A stretch of 20,000 bases of DNA from an uncultured virus (IMG/VR IMGVR_UViG_3300044844_000310) (IMGVR_UViG_3300044844_000310), one strand, 5' to 3'; shown: positions 1 to 8,122, counted from the first letter of the stretch. The notes: generated from the sequence alone by a model not told the origin. Translations and numbers: made by a program.

Positions 1-36
1 CTCCTCATGTTTGTATGCGTAGTTACCCATTGTCAT
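1..36 (-). CDS. partial hypothetical protein (N-terminus; runs off the window)
   Basis: ATG at 36 (alternative 30) after a GGAGGGG purine run; frame open to position 1 (MTMGNYAYKHEE). Confidence 0.4.
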   Translation of the reverse strand, partial: MTMGNYAYKHEE

Positions 37-304
37 CCCCTCCTATCCCGTGGTGCTTTTCTGCGAAACGGATGCCAGCGGCGAAAACTATCGCGTCACA
101 ACGATTAAACTTCTCCGATTGTGCTTCGGCTTTAATCTCCTCCTCCGTCATCGGCTTTCTTGATTGCGAAGGTCTGGTGTAGAGGGGGATATTGTTTTCG
201 CCTATCATTGGTTCTGAATACATATAGCAAGTAACGTCTGTTCCTAATGCGTTCAGTTCATCTTGACTTGTCCACGCCACAGGATCAGCATATTTATTTT
301 TCAT
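23..304 (-). CDS. phage hypothetical protein (PVAW...PLY-type mosaic early protein)
   Basis: 93 aa ORF coupled to its neighbours; DPVAW, PLYTRP and FAEKHHGIG motifs typical of small phage early proteins. Confidence 0.75.
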   Translation of the reverse strand: MKNKYADPVAWTSQDELNALGTDVTCYMYSEPMIGENNIPLYTRPSQSRKPMTEEEIKAEAQSEKFNRCDAIVFAAGIRFAEKHHGIGGDDNG

Positions 305-791
305 CTGCCTTCCCCATCGCTTTCTTAAGTTGCCTCTTATTCATAGCGTTCAACCTATCTATCTGATCTATAAGTTCTCTCAAAAGTTTAAGCGTGTACC
401 ATCCCTCTAAATAAAATGACGCTACCTCTACAGTTTCAAATTCTTCGCCCCACGCCACAGGCTCCGCTTCTGGCTCGGCGGCGAGGAATTCTTCCTCCTC
501 AGATCTATCAGCTTCCTCGTTTTTGATAAAAACCGTTTGATTTGCATCAGCTCCATCGGCCATTCTTGATGGCGAGGGTATGGACGGGACAGGCATATAT
601 GCTTTGATCCTAAGAAAGTCCTTGTAGTCGATCCCCGCTAGGTTGCAAGCTCTGGCAAGTTCACACATTGGCTTCGCTTCTGACTCGGCAGCGAGGAAAG
701 CGCGGATGTCTTCTCTTAATTCCCTGCATTTTTTGCAAGTGCATTGCATAGTCTCAAGCGCCCGTCTCAGCAGTTCGGTTGCGGTAGTCAT
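294..791 (-). CDS. phage hypothetical protein with internal FLAAExEAxP duplication
   Basis: 165 aa; ATGA overlap with the upstream gene; CxCxxC near the N-terminus; EPVAW motif. Confidence 0.75.
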   Translation of the reverse strand: MTTATELLRRALETMQCTCKKCRELREDIRAFLAAESEAKPMCELARACNLAGIDYKDFLRIKAYMPVPSIPSPSRMADGADANQTVFIKNEEADRSEEEEFLAAEPEAEPVAWGEEFETVEVASFYLEGWYTLKLLRELIDQIDRLNAMNKRQLKKAMGKADEK

Positions 792-1057
792 GCTTCCTCC
801 GCAGGCTCATAGGTCGCCTCGAATATGTCGGGCTTGCATGGGTAGTGTTCGCCTTTAACTCCAGTGATGATCCAGTCTCCGGGGGTGACTTTCATGTTTC
901 CTTCAAGGGTCTTGACGTAAAAATCCTTGGACCGATAAAGAATTCCGGGGCTTATTGCCGATGACGTTGTACCAAGTGAACGCTTTACAGCAGGATGATC
1001 GCCGTCTTTGAACCATTGCGTAGCCTCAATCACTACGGGCTTCTTTCTAAATTTCAT
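788..1057 (-). CDS. conserved small phage protein (PGDYG-like family: RKKPVVIEA...TLEG...GDWII...YPCKPDIF..TY)
   Basis: 89 aa; recognisable, widespread phage family motifs. Confidence 0.85.
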   Translation of the reverse strand: MKFRKKPVVIEATQWFKDGDHPAVKRSLGTTSSAISPGILYRSKDFYVKTLEGNMKVTPGDWIITGVKGEHYPCKPDIFEATYEPAEEA

Positions 1058-1086
1058 TCCATCCCCCTGCCAATCTCAGCGGTTGC
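1054..1086. repeat. 33-bp direct repeat, copy 1 (copy 2 at 1403-1435)
   Basis: TCATTCCATCCCCCTGCCAATCTCAGCGGTTGC vs TCATTCCATCCCCCTACCAATCGCAGCCGCTGC, 29/33 identical. Confidence 0.85.
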
Positions 1087-1095
1087 GTTACTCAT
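1054..1095 (-). CDS. 13-aa mini-ORF MSNATAEIGRGME (relic copy of the C-terminus of 1403..1738)
   Basis: ATGA overlaps at both ends; lies on a 33-bp direct repeat. Confidence 0.4.
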   Translation of the reverse strand: MSNATAEIGRGME

Positions 1096-1406
1096 GCTTC
1101 ACCTCTGGCTTTGGCTAAGACTTTTGCAATCCTGTCTGCGTATTGCTTGTTGGTCTGCTCTTTCTCTGAATGACCCTTGGCTGCATGGTGTCCTTGGTAA
1201 AACCTGAACACGTTCATGGCCGCTTCAAGCTCGGCATACATCTCAGGCGCGGCGGCGATTAGGTGAGCTGTTTCTTTTTCAAAACCTCCGTCCCCACTTT
1301 CATCAACTGTGTCATTTCCTTCGGGGTCTGTAGCTATAACCCACCATCCAGCACATTCATATGGCTGTACGGCATACCACGGACCTTTTAGATTTGTCTT
1401 TCTCAT
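1092..1406 (-). CDS. phage hypothetical protein (GPW...HLIAAAPE...AKARGE family)
   Basis: 104 aa; widespread phage motif LIAAAPE(M/L). Confidence 0.85.
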   Translation of the reverse strand: MRKTNLKGPWYAVQPYECAGWWVIATDPEGNDTVDESGDGGFEKETAHLIAAAPEMYAELEAAMNVFRFYQGHHAAKGHSEKEQTNKQYADRIAKVLAKARGEA

Positions 1407-1738
1407 TCCATCCCCCTACCAATCGCAGCCGCTGCACGGACAATGGTTCTACGAGTTGCTGCATAGGGATCGTCATCAAGTTTTTCTAACCAATAAGATC
1501 GCATCCCGTTTCGTATCCTTGAATTGACTTGGTTTTCTTCCGGCACAACCATGAAATAAATTTGCAACTTCACAGCAAGGCGCAGAGCCTGAGCATCATC
1601 CTTTAATGGATTCCACTGTTCTTTTAGTCTCCCATCTTCAACAATGAAAAAAGACTTGCTAGGCCCAAAATGGCCTAACTCAATCTCAATCCCCGCCGCT
1701 TTCGCCGCGAGTTCTAGGAGTTCTTTGTCGTTATTCAT
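1403..1738 (-). CDS. phage protein, WNPLxDD..ALRLAVKL family (possibly ABA-sandwich/DUF2591-related)
   Basis: 111 aa; ELLELAAKAAG, WNPLKDDAQALRLAVKL, ATRRTIVRAAAAIG motifs. Confidence 0.8.
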   Translation of the reverse strand: MNNDKELLELAAKAAGIEIELGHFGPSKSFFIVEDGRLKEQWNPLKDDAQALRLAVKLQIYFMVVPEENQVNSRIRNGMRSYWLEKLDDDPYAATRRTIVRAAAAIGRGME

Positions 1739-1952
1739 TGGTTTCCTCCATCGCTTTCAGCGCGGCTTCGATCTTCGGTTTCACGGCCTGTATAAAAATG
1801 CGCTGATTAGTCCAAACTTTTGCGAACTCCAACGCCTCAACCAACCCAAGGGCTGTATCCTCGCGAACATAAGCGATATCTTCTTCCGACTGTTTTTCGA
1901 CATCCTCCCATTCCATGTGCCTAGACAACCAGATCTTCTTCGGTGCGTTCAT
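1731..1952 (-). CDS. hypothetical protein (APKKIWL...YVRED)
   Basis: 73 aa; overlaps both neighbours. Confidence 0.75.
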   Translation of the reverse strand: MNAPKKIWLSRHMEWEDVEKQSEEDIAYVREDTALGLVEALEFAKVWTNQRIFIQAVKPKIEAALKAMEETNE

Positions 1953-2236
1953 ATATCTTTCTCCCGTTCAGCGAGCATGGCATCTGCCATGAGGTATGAT
2001 ATTTTTGCGAACTCCTTTTCGTAGTCAGCAGAACCAAGCTCATTAACGAACCCCTGCATCGCCTTGGCTGCAAAGTAATCTCGAAGAGTCATGCCAGAAA
2101 CGCAGACATGTTCCAAACTGCTAGCAACTATTGGAAACGCCGGGCCTCCATTGTTCTTACTCATCACTCCGCCTGTTTTCTTAAGAGCATTAGCTGCCTC
2201 TTCCGCCCATGTATCAATTTTGTCTTCGATGTTCAT
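1949..2236 (-). CDS. phage protein, GGPAFP...GMTLRDYFAAKAMQG family
   Basis: widespread motif GMTLRDYFAAKAMQG...ADAMLAER; TGATG overlap puts the start at 2236. Confidence 0.85.
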   Translation of the reverse strand: MNIEDKIDTWAEEAANALKKTGGVMSKNNGGPAFPIVASSLEHVCVSGMTLRDYFAAKAMQGFVNELGSADYEKEFAKISYLMADAMLAEREKDI

Positions 2237-2466
2237 CACGGTGTCCCCAAATAAAAGAGATCGTCAATCACGCTACGCAACTGCATCCCTGTCCATCGTT
2301 TCCACTCGTCCCTGTCCGATCCATCAAGGGCCACTTCGAGTCCTTCAAGGATTTGCTTCCTGTCGTTAGAACGATAACCACCATTCATTAGAAACTCGAC
2401 TTCCTCCACAATGATCTGAATGTCCTCATCCCTGAACGGACGACCTTTTAGTTTATTCCCGTTCAT
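2236..2466 (-). CDS. hypothetical protein
   Basis: 76 aa ORF packed in the operon. Confidence 0.65.
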   Translation of the reverse strand: MNGNKLKGRPFRDEDIQIIVEEVEFLMNGGYRSNDRKQILEGLEVALDGSDRDEWKRWTGMQLRSVIDDLFYLGTP

Positions 2467-2668
2467 CTTCTACCTCTATCAGGTCATCCCACCTCATAAT
2501 GTGTAGGCAGGCCATGCACTTAACAGCATCTGTGGATGCTGTATCCTCGTCGTACATATCAATCAGTCCGTAACTATTACCCTCTTCATCAGATAGATAA
2601 CTGATTTGCCTCTGCGCGAACACCATGAACCGCCGGGCTTTTGCTTTGCATTCAGGGCATACCTTCAT
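2453..2668 (-). CDS. small zinc-ribbon protein (CPEC...CMAC)
   Basis: two CxxC pairs; start MKVCPEC at 2668 just after the upstream stop, with AGGGG RBS. Confidence 0.7.
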   Translation of the reverse strand: MKVCPECKAKARRFMVFAQRQISYLSDEEGNSYGLIDMYDEDTASTDAVKCMACLHIMRWDDLIEVEDERE

Positions 2669-2669
2669 C

Positions 2670-2873
2670 CTATTTCCCCTTGTAAACGTATTCCAAACAC
2701 TTAGCGCCCAGTCCATCCGGGCGGGTCATGGTGCACTCCCAATGCTTGGCGTCGAGGGTTACAGAGGGCGGGGCGGTTACATATAGCAAAAGACCTACAC
2801 CCCCGCTGAACATCAGCGCCCACAGCGCCCACGTATCACGAACAAACTCACCAAAACTAGCAATCTTCTTCAT
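2670..2873 (-). CDS. small single-pass membrane protein
   Basis: 67 aa; hydrophobic WALWALMFSGGVGLLLYV then a two-Cys domain; GGAGA RBS. Confidence 0.75.
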   Translation of the reverse strand: MKKIASFGEFVRDTWALWALMFSGGVGLLLYVTAPPSVTLDAKHWECTMTRPDGLGAKCLEYVYKGK

Positions 2874-2882
2874 ATCAATCTC

Positions 2883-2954
2883 CTAGCAACCTGCGAGGTA
2901 AGCCCACGCAACAAACATAAGGACAAGCATAGCCACCCATTCCGGCTCACTCAT
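2883..2954 (-). CDS. 23-aa hydrophobic peptide MSEPEWVAMLVLMFVAWAYLAGC
   Basis: not in the ORF track; TAATG overlap with the upstream stop; fills the gap exactly. Confidence 0.55.
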   Translation of the reverse strand: MSEPEWVAMLVLMFVAWAYLAGC

Positions 2955-3217
2955 TAGGCAATCCTCCAGACGCCTACATCACCGTGGTTGATCTCACGAA
3001 CTACGAACTTCTTGCTCTTAGCTGACGCATCCTTACTTCTTCTATACGCATGTACAGCAGCTCTGATGGAGCCGATCCCCTTGGGCGGAAGCTCCTCAAC
3101 AGGAACGATGAAGCACTCTCCAACGTGCAGTTCAACTATGGGGTACTTACGCATACGATCAGCTCGTGTGCTAGCGGGAACAGGGATATCGGTATAGATT
3201 TTGATAGTCATATTCAT
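2954..3217 (-). CDS. conserved basic phage protein (IPVP...KYP...VGECF.VP...KFVVR...VWR), putative DNA-binding
   Basis: 87 aa; recognisable family motifs; GGAG RBS. Confidence 0.75.
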   Translation of the reverse strand: MNMTIKIYTDIPVPASTRADRMRKYPIVELHVGECFIVPVEELPPKGIGSIRAAVHAYRRSKDASAKSKKFVVREINHGDVGVWRIA

Positions 3218-3231
3218 CTCCTAATAAAAAC

Positions 3232-3555
3232 TTAACAGTTGCTTAAGCAGGGGGGATTCGAACAGCACATGCTGTTGTCCCCTCGGTAGGGCTCGGGTGC
3301 ATCGTAGATCGGTAGGACAGGAGGCAGTCGGTCTTCTCCCTGCATATCAATCACGGTGACCCCTCTCGGGCTGATAATGCTATAGCCAGTAGCATTACGT
3401 TCAATGACGGTAGTTCCGCCACCATTCAGGTTAGTGATCGTGTAGCCATTGCTCGTCGGCTCGACGTTGGTCATTCCATACGGACCCCAGACAATCGTTG
3501 AATAGCAAGGCAACGTGACCACCAGAAAATACAAAGACCAGAGTATTCGCTTCAT
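3232..3555 (-). CDS. putative exported/membrane-anchored protein
   Basis: N-terminal MKRILWSLYFLVVTLPC signal-like segment; repeated G-Y-x-I beta motifs. Confidence 0.7.
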   Translation of the reverse strand: MKRILWSLYFLVVTLPCYSTIVWGPYGMTNVEPTSNGYTITNLNGGGTTVIERNATGYSIISPRGVTVIDMQGEDRLPPVLPIYDAPEPYRGDNSMCCSNPPCLSNC

Positions 3556-3752
3556 GTCAGTTCAATCCTCATCGTGCATCTATCGGTTTCTCGATCAATC
3601 AAAGTTGCTGTGTAGCTCCCTCGATAGGGCTCAGTGACTTCCTTGTCTTTCTCTATTTGCTTATACCGGGCACAGTGTTCTCGTCCTGTGCATCCCTCAC
3701 CTTGGCATCTTGTGTAATCGAAAGGCAGAAAAGCAAATGAGTGCGATCCCAT
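3552..3752 (-). CDS. small Cys-rich phage protein (DYTRCxGxxCxxRxxCxRY)
   Basis: 66 aa; four Cys; coupled overlaps. Confidence 0.7.
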   Translation of the reverse strand: MGSHSFAFLPFDYTRCQGEGCTGREHCARYKQIEKDKEVTEPYRGSYTATLIDRETDRCTMRIELT

Positions 3753-3937
3753 CAGAACTCTCCGTATTCATCTTCCCCATACGTCCGACTCTCCCTGACA
3801 ACCTCATCCTTGTCATTCACTAGGAGCACTCGGTTCGCAATCGGGCAAACATAAAAGTGGAGATCCCTGTATCGGTCAATGCGGTGCTCCTCTCCACACT
3901 TTTTGCACAATGCTGTCTCTTCAGTTATTTCGCTCAA
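3752..3937 (-). CDS. small putative zinc-binding protein
   Basis: 61 aa; CKKCGEEH...CP. Confidence 0.65.
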   Translation of the reverse strand: MSEITEETALCKKCGEEHRIDRYRDLHFYVCPIANRVLLVNDKDEVVRESRTYGEDEYGEF

Positions 3938-4182
3938 TGGAGTACTCCTGATTGGTTAATAGGTTTATTCACTTCATACATTTGCCTAAGCCAATGTAGA
4001 TACATTAGGAACTCCCTGTCCGTGCTCTTCGCCCCACTGTCGGGGAGAATGTCATCCGTAAAGACATCAACGAGGAACTGCCCAACCATAGTCAACACCT
4101 CGTCTGCAGGTATACCAATGAACAGCTCATTCAGTGCGTCATACATCTGTTGATCCTCTGTGCTCGACTCTTCTTCGGTCAT
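3934..4182 (-). CDS. acidic hypothetical protein
   Basis: 82 aa; ATGA overlaps. Confidence 0.7.
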   Translation of the reverse strand: MTEEESSTEDQQMYDALNELFIGIPADEVLTMVGQFLVDVFTDDILPDSGAKSTDREFLMYLHWLRQMYEVNKPINQSGVLH

Positions 4183-4532
4183 AGCAATCCTCGTCTGTCT
4201 AGGTAGAACACACTGCTGTTGTAACGGTAGCCCACGTTCTTAACCTCTTCCCCTGACTCAACTAGAAGTAGCAGGGATACGCTCTCCTCCATCCATAGAG
4301 GCAGTTTGCGTACAAAGTTCGTAGTCGCATCGCACATATCGTAGATTGAATACTCATTATCGAAGCGTTCAATCCGTATACGTGGCCCTAGCTCTAACTG
4401 CATGATGGCCTCCTTGGGGTACTCTTCATGTACCACCTTCTCTAAATGGTCTACACCGTATCCATTGTAGTAGCACACCTCATGGAGCATGTGATACGGA
4501 TACGCCCACTTAGATCTTTTGGAAGCCTTCAC
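4179..4532 (-). CDS. hypothetical protein with LPxW...L...V.xVGYR domain
   Basis: 117 aa; C-terminal motif shared with 10125..10808. Confidence 0.75.
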   Translation of the reverse strand: MKASKRSKWAYPYHMLHEVCYYNGYGVDHLEKVVHEEYPKEAIMQLELGPRIRIERFDNEYSIYDMCDATTNFVRKLPLWMEESVSLLLLVESGEEVKNVGYRYNSSVFYLDRRGLL

Positions 4533-5704
4533 GCATCAATCTCAAGGTAAACAGACGAACCTACCGGAGCCGTGATATCTCGCTCAGTAATGGCCCACAA
4601 CGTCGGAACAGAAAGCGACGATGGCCACGGTGTGTATCCATCCGTAAGGACAACAACAGCCTCGGGTTTGATGTTCCGTTCTTCAATGAACGAGAAGATC
4701 TGGCGCATATCCGTACCGCCACCACCCTTGAATGAACGCTTGCACATCAAGGAGCCGAAGTTCTCTCGGTCATAAACTTGATGTTCTTGCACTTTAGCAT
4801 CCACTTCAATCAGGTGCAATGCCTCCGGCGTAACACTTTCGCAAATGCCGATGATTTCGGAGAGGAATGAAGCTAGTTGTCTATCCTGAATAGATCCTGA
4901 CGTATCTACAGCCACAAGCAGAGGCCCCATAGACTCAGAGATTGTTGACGGCATGTAAATGTCCTGCGCAAGCCAACGTCGGCTAGGTCTACGCCATGTT
5001 GAGTCATCCTTACCCGTGCTCACTGCAGACATGAACTCACGCAACTGCTCACGCCAGTCCACCTTGGGCTTCATCAAATCATCGAATGAGCGATGCTGAT
5101 CACCTGCCATCTTCCCTGCAAGAAGCGCACCCTGTCGTACAGCTTGCTCGATCTCCTTACTCAGAACCTCCTGCTCTTCAGCACTCAGATCACTGAAGTC
5201 ATGGATATCAAACCCTTCAGCGCCCTCACCGTTCTCGCCACCTTGGTCCTGACCCTTACCGCCTTCCTTGAGCTTATCGAAGACCTCTTGCGTGCTCATA
5301 CCGCGAAACTTCTCATCAACAAGCGCTATCTTAGGAAGCTCGATGAAGTCGGGGTATTTTTTAGACATGTCTAAAATTTCAAGGTTGATCACATAGTCTG
5401 CAGAGATATTGGCAAGGCGAGCGTTCTCCTTCCACAGATGTTTCCAGAGCCAGTGATGCTGATAGACCTTGTGCAGATTCTCATGCAGGATCACAGCGTT
5501 TAGCTCCTTGTCCTCCAACCCTTCAACGAACGCCTTACCGTAGGTCACATCACGCCCATTGGTGTAAGCCGTAGGGCACTCCTCAGTCACATCAGTCCTA
5601 CCAACCATCAGAATAGATGAGAAGGCTACCGTAGCTTTGTGCGCCATCATTCGAACATGAGCACGCTGTACGCGTTGCTCTGATGTCAGCTTGTTCATCG
5701 TCAT
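4529..5704 (-). CDS. HExxH putative metallopeptidase + VWA domain protein (DUF2201-like)
   Basis: PTAYTNG, HENLH (HExxH), ADYVIN; C-terminal MIDAS VAVDTSGS, GGGGTD, VVLTDG. Confidence 0.9.
   Translation of the reverse strand: MTMNKLTSEQRVQRAHVRMMAHKATVAFSSILMVGRTDVTEECPTAYTNGRDVTYGKAFVEGLEDKELNAVILHENLHKVYQHHWLWKHLWKENARLANISADYVINLEILDMSKKYPDFIELPKIALVDEKFRGMSTQEVFDKLKEGGKGQDQGGENGEGAEGFDIHDFSDLSAEEQEVLSKEIEQAVRQGALLAGKMAGDQHRSFDDLMKPKVDWREQLREFMSAVSTGKDDSTWRRPSRRWLAQDIYMPSTISESMGPLLVAVDTSGSIQDRQLASFLSEIIGICESVTPEALHLIEVDAKVQEHQVYDRENFGSLMCKRSFKGGGGTDMRQIFSFIEERNIKPEAVVVLTDGYTPWPSSLSVPTLWAITERDITAPVGSSVYLEIDA
5358..5377. repeat. palindromic motif variant with 2-bp centre (inside CDS)
   Basis: TTTTTAGAC-AT-GTCTAAAAT. 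Confidence 0.55.
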
Positions 5705-6018
5705 TCTCCTTGTATCGCTATGAATTGTTGTGGTGAGAGGAACGTATCTCCTTGTGAGGTACGCACGGATTGTTCCCAGTCTGTTATTTGCTTGGGTGTA
5801 AGCCCGGTACAGTCATACTCAGGGAAGGAAGTCACGGTCACATCAGGAGTTTTGTAGTCCATGATGTACTTGATGTTTGGTTCATCCTGCCTATACGCAT
5901 CACCGATACCTATCCCATACTGAGCGAGAATCGCCTGTACCTTATGTGCTTGTTCAAGGGGCAGGACGACATTCCCACCCCAACTCAGGCTAAGCCTGCC
6001 GTAGACTTCCTTCTTCAT
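5701..6018 (-). CDS. hypothetical protein between the AAA+ and VWA genes
   Basis: 105 aa; GAGGTG RBS; ATGA overlap downstream. Confidence 0.75.
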   Translation of the reverse strand: MKKEVYGRLSLSWGGNVVLPLEQAHKVQAILAQYGIGIGDAYRQDEPNIKYIMDYKTPDVTVTSFPEYDCTGLTPKQITDWEQSVRTSQGDTFLSPQQFIAIQGE

Positions 6019-6026
6019 ACATCACC

Positions 6027-7106
6027 TCACTGGAACAAGAAGCTGTTCGACGAAGCCCATGACACGAATTCCCTATTGGTTGCCGCGAGTGCTCGCTTGT
6101 CACCCCGCATGATGGTCCGAGCAAACAGCGCTTGAGTCTCCTTGGTCATACGTCCACAGAAGAGCATCCAGTCTGCGAAGGTTTCGCGCTCGATTCTCAT
6201 GCAAGCCTTGGCTACCAACATACAAGCTGCAGCAGCAGACTTGGGTACCTTCACACCTTCGGGATCTTTCAGAATCTTTTCCCATGCAGGGAGCTCCTCA
6301 TCCAAACGGTGCATGGTCATGATGTCCATAGCTGCAGCCTCACCCACCGTACCGAACAGAGCATGGATACGCACATCATCTGACATGCCCTTGGTCTGAT
6401 TCAGAATACAGCTCGCCTTCTCCAGAGAACGTGGAGTCACGAACGCAGTCCGAGGTGACTTGGGATGGAAGATGTAGTTGTTATTGCCCGGATCTTCGAC
6501 AGACTCAAAGGACTCGAACATGTGCGGGAACTCCATCACCGTACCGACAATCACCGGATTCAATGCACGTGGGATGGCGAACTCCTCGATCCACTCCATG
6601 TGAGTAGGTTTGCGAATCTTGACCTGCGTCAGACGATTGCGAGCATGAGGTGGAATGTTATCGCCCAGACCTTCAACCGACAGGTTGGTAGTAGCAAAGA
6701 CCAGTGAGCCTTCGGGCAGTGTGTGGTTACCCAACTTGCGCTCAAGAATCAGTCGAAGGCAAGCGTTGAGCACTGCACGTGACGCCTTACCGATCTCATC
6801 AAGCATCAACACCACAGGTTTGTTGAAGTGGAACCCGAACTCCTCATTGGGAATGAACGAAGTCACCAGAGTCCCATCCAACGAACGCACATTAGGTACA
6901 GTGAAGTCACCCACATCCTTGGTAGGAATGTCGAAGTAGCAGTAGTGATAGGCATCGCCCAAGTCACGTTTGAGAGTGCTGAGGATAGAGGACTTGCCAA
7001 TACCCATCTCACCCGAGAACAGGAAGGTGACCGTATCACCAACAGACTTGACCAGATCAGTAGCTTCACGCAGTGAAACAGAAGCATAAGACTTTTCAAT
7101 TTTCAT
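6027..7106 (-). CDS. MoxR/CobS-like AAA+ ATPase
   Basis: Walker A GEMGIGKS, Walker B LMLDE, sensor-I ATTN, Arg finger ARNRL, TPRS motif; GGAGAG RBS. Confidence 0.9.
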   Translation of the reverse strand: MKIEKSYASVSLREATDLVKSVGDTVTFLFSGEMGIGKSSILSTLKRDLGDAYHYCYFDIPTKDVGDFTVPNVRSLDGTLVTSFIPNEEFGFHFNKPVVLMLDEIGKASRAVLNACLRLILERKLGNHTLPEGSLVFATTNLSVEGLGDNIPPHARNRLTQVKIRKPTHMEWIEEFAIPRALNPVIVGTVMEFPHMFESFESVEDPGNNNYIFHPKSPRTAFVTPRSLEKASCILNQTKGMSDDVRIHALFGTVGEAAAMDIMTMHRLDEELPAWEKILKDPEGVKVPKSAAAACMLVAKACMRIERETFADWMLFCGRMTKETQALFARTIMRGDKRALAATNREFVSWASSNSFLFQ

Positions 7107-7121
7107 ATCATCTCTCCAGTG

Positions 7122-7140
7122 TTTTTAGACCGTCTAAAAA
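7122..7140. repeat. 19-bp palindromic motif
   Basis: TTTTTAGAC-C-GTCTAAAAA, between a stop codon and the ATPase RBS. Confidence 0.95.
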
Positions 7141-7141
7141 A

Positions 7142-8008
7142 TCAAACAAAGTTAAACTTATCTAACAGGGCGTCTACCTCTTCCTTGGCATAGCCACGCA
7201 CTACGTCATCCTTACGCAGATCATTCACATCCAAGCCAACCAACGTCATCCGCATATCTTTCTTTAGCTGAATCAACTCAGGATCTTTTACCAAGTTGAA
7301 TCCATCCAGTGCATCGCACAGCTCAATCGCACTCTCCAGAGTGGACTCATGTACCCGCCCCTTCTTACCATCATCCTCAACACGAAGCTGATTACTGATC
7401 TTTGTAAGCGAAGTCTTGATACGATCCCTGACCTCAGCCATAGCCTCAGTCACACGCTCCTCCTGCCTACGAGCAAACTGCTCCCTCAGAATGTTTAACC
7501 CTTCCGTACCAATGTCCACACGGAAGTCACCCGCAGTAGGTAAAGGGTAGGTCGCATAACGCAACTCAAACTTGGCAGGGATCTCAGACGGATCTGGATA
7601 ATCACTGTGCTTGAACAGCGCACCCAACGAGAACTGCGCCGACTGAATCAACAGCGAATAGGATGTTACGAAGGCATTGACGAGGCTCTTGTAGTGGTCC
7701 TCATGCTCACCCAACTCCTTCATGTACCGCTCGAAACTAATGGCAGGTAGAAGGCGAGTGCCACTGTCGCTCCAAGGGAGCGTTCTTGAGGCATGCCACG
7801 CTCTAATGATCGAACCATACTTGTTGATGTTGATCAGCTCTTGAGATCCTGCCAACAAGTTTTTCTGGTAAACCCCGGCGTTTGCCGTTGTCGCACCTTT
7901 GTTCTGACCTACCTCATCGGACACTTCCCTGTCCTGCTTCTTGCCTGTCCATCCTCTGATGCTCAGGTCAACCAACATCGCGCTCGAAGCAATCGTTACA
8001 TCGTTCAT
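7142..8008 (-). CDS. DUF3150-like phage protein
   Basis: start revised to MNDVTI (GGGAG RBS); motifs LV.LSI..W.G.K.D, TLPW.D.G.RLLP, LG.LF...DYP, P.P..GDFR. Confidence 0.7.
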   Translation of the reverse strand: MNDVTIASSAMLVDLSIRGWTGKKQDREVSDEVGQNKGATTANAGVYQKNLLAGSQELININKYGSIIRAWHASRTLPWSDSGTRLLPAISFERYMKELGEHEDHYKSLVNAFVTSYSLLIQSAQFSLGALFKHSDYPDPSEIPAKFELRYATYPLPTAGDFRVDIGTEGLNILREQFARRQEERVTEAMAEVRDRIKTSLTKISNQLRVEDDGKKGRVHESTLESAIELCDALDGFNLVKDPELIQLKKDMRMTLVGLDVNDLRKDDVVRGYAKEEVDALLDKFNFV

Positions 8009-8021
8009 ATCAACTCCCGGT

Positions 8022-8040
8022 TTTTTGGACCGTCTAAAAA
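8022..8040. repeat. 19-bp palindromic motif (1 mismatch)
   Basis: TTTTTGGAC-C-GTCTAAAAA, just before the RBS of the DUF3150-like gene. Confidence 0.9.
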
Positions 8041-8093
8041 ATTCCCTCCGGTAAGGCCGGAGTACCTGTGGTTGATCTCTCAACTTAAATACT

Positions 8094-8122
8094 ATTCTAC
8101 ACTAACTTATATCTAATGTCAA
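8094..8122 (-). promoter_or_regulatory. sigma70 promoter P1
   Basis: TTGACA (8122-8117), 17 bp, TAGAAT (8099-8094). Confidence 0.85.

Noticed and set aside
7127..7138. Similarity of AGACCGTCTAAA to the Neisseriaceae DNA uptake sequence AGGCCGTCTGAA (10/12)
   Set aside because: It lacks the CTGAA core, is a perfect dyad and is confined to the early region. Noted as a curiosity, not called a DUS.
8009..8083. ORF-track N-terminal extensions (also 11459-11545, 11160-11228, 14241-14291, 2669-2716)
   Set aside because: They run through promoter leaders or upstream genes; downstream ATGs have clear RBSs or stop/start overlaps.
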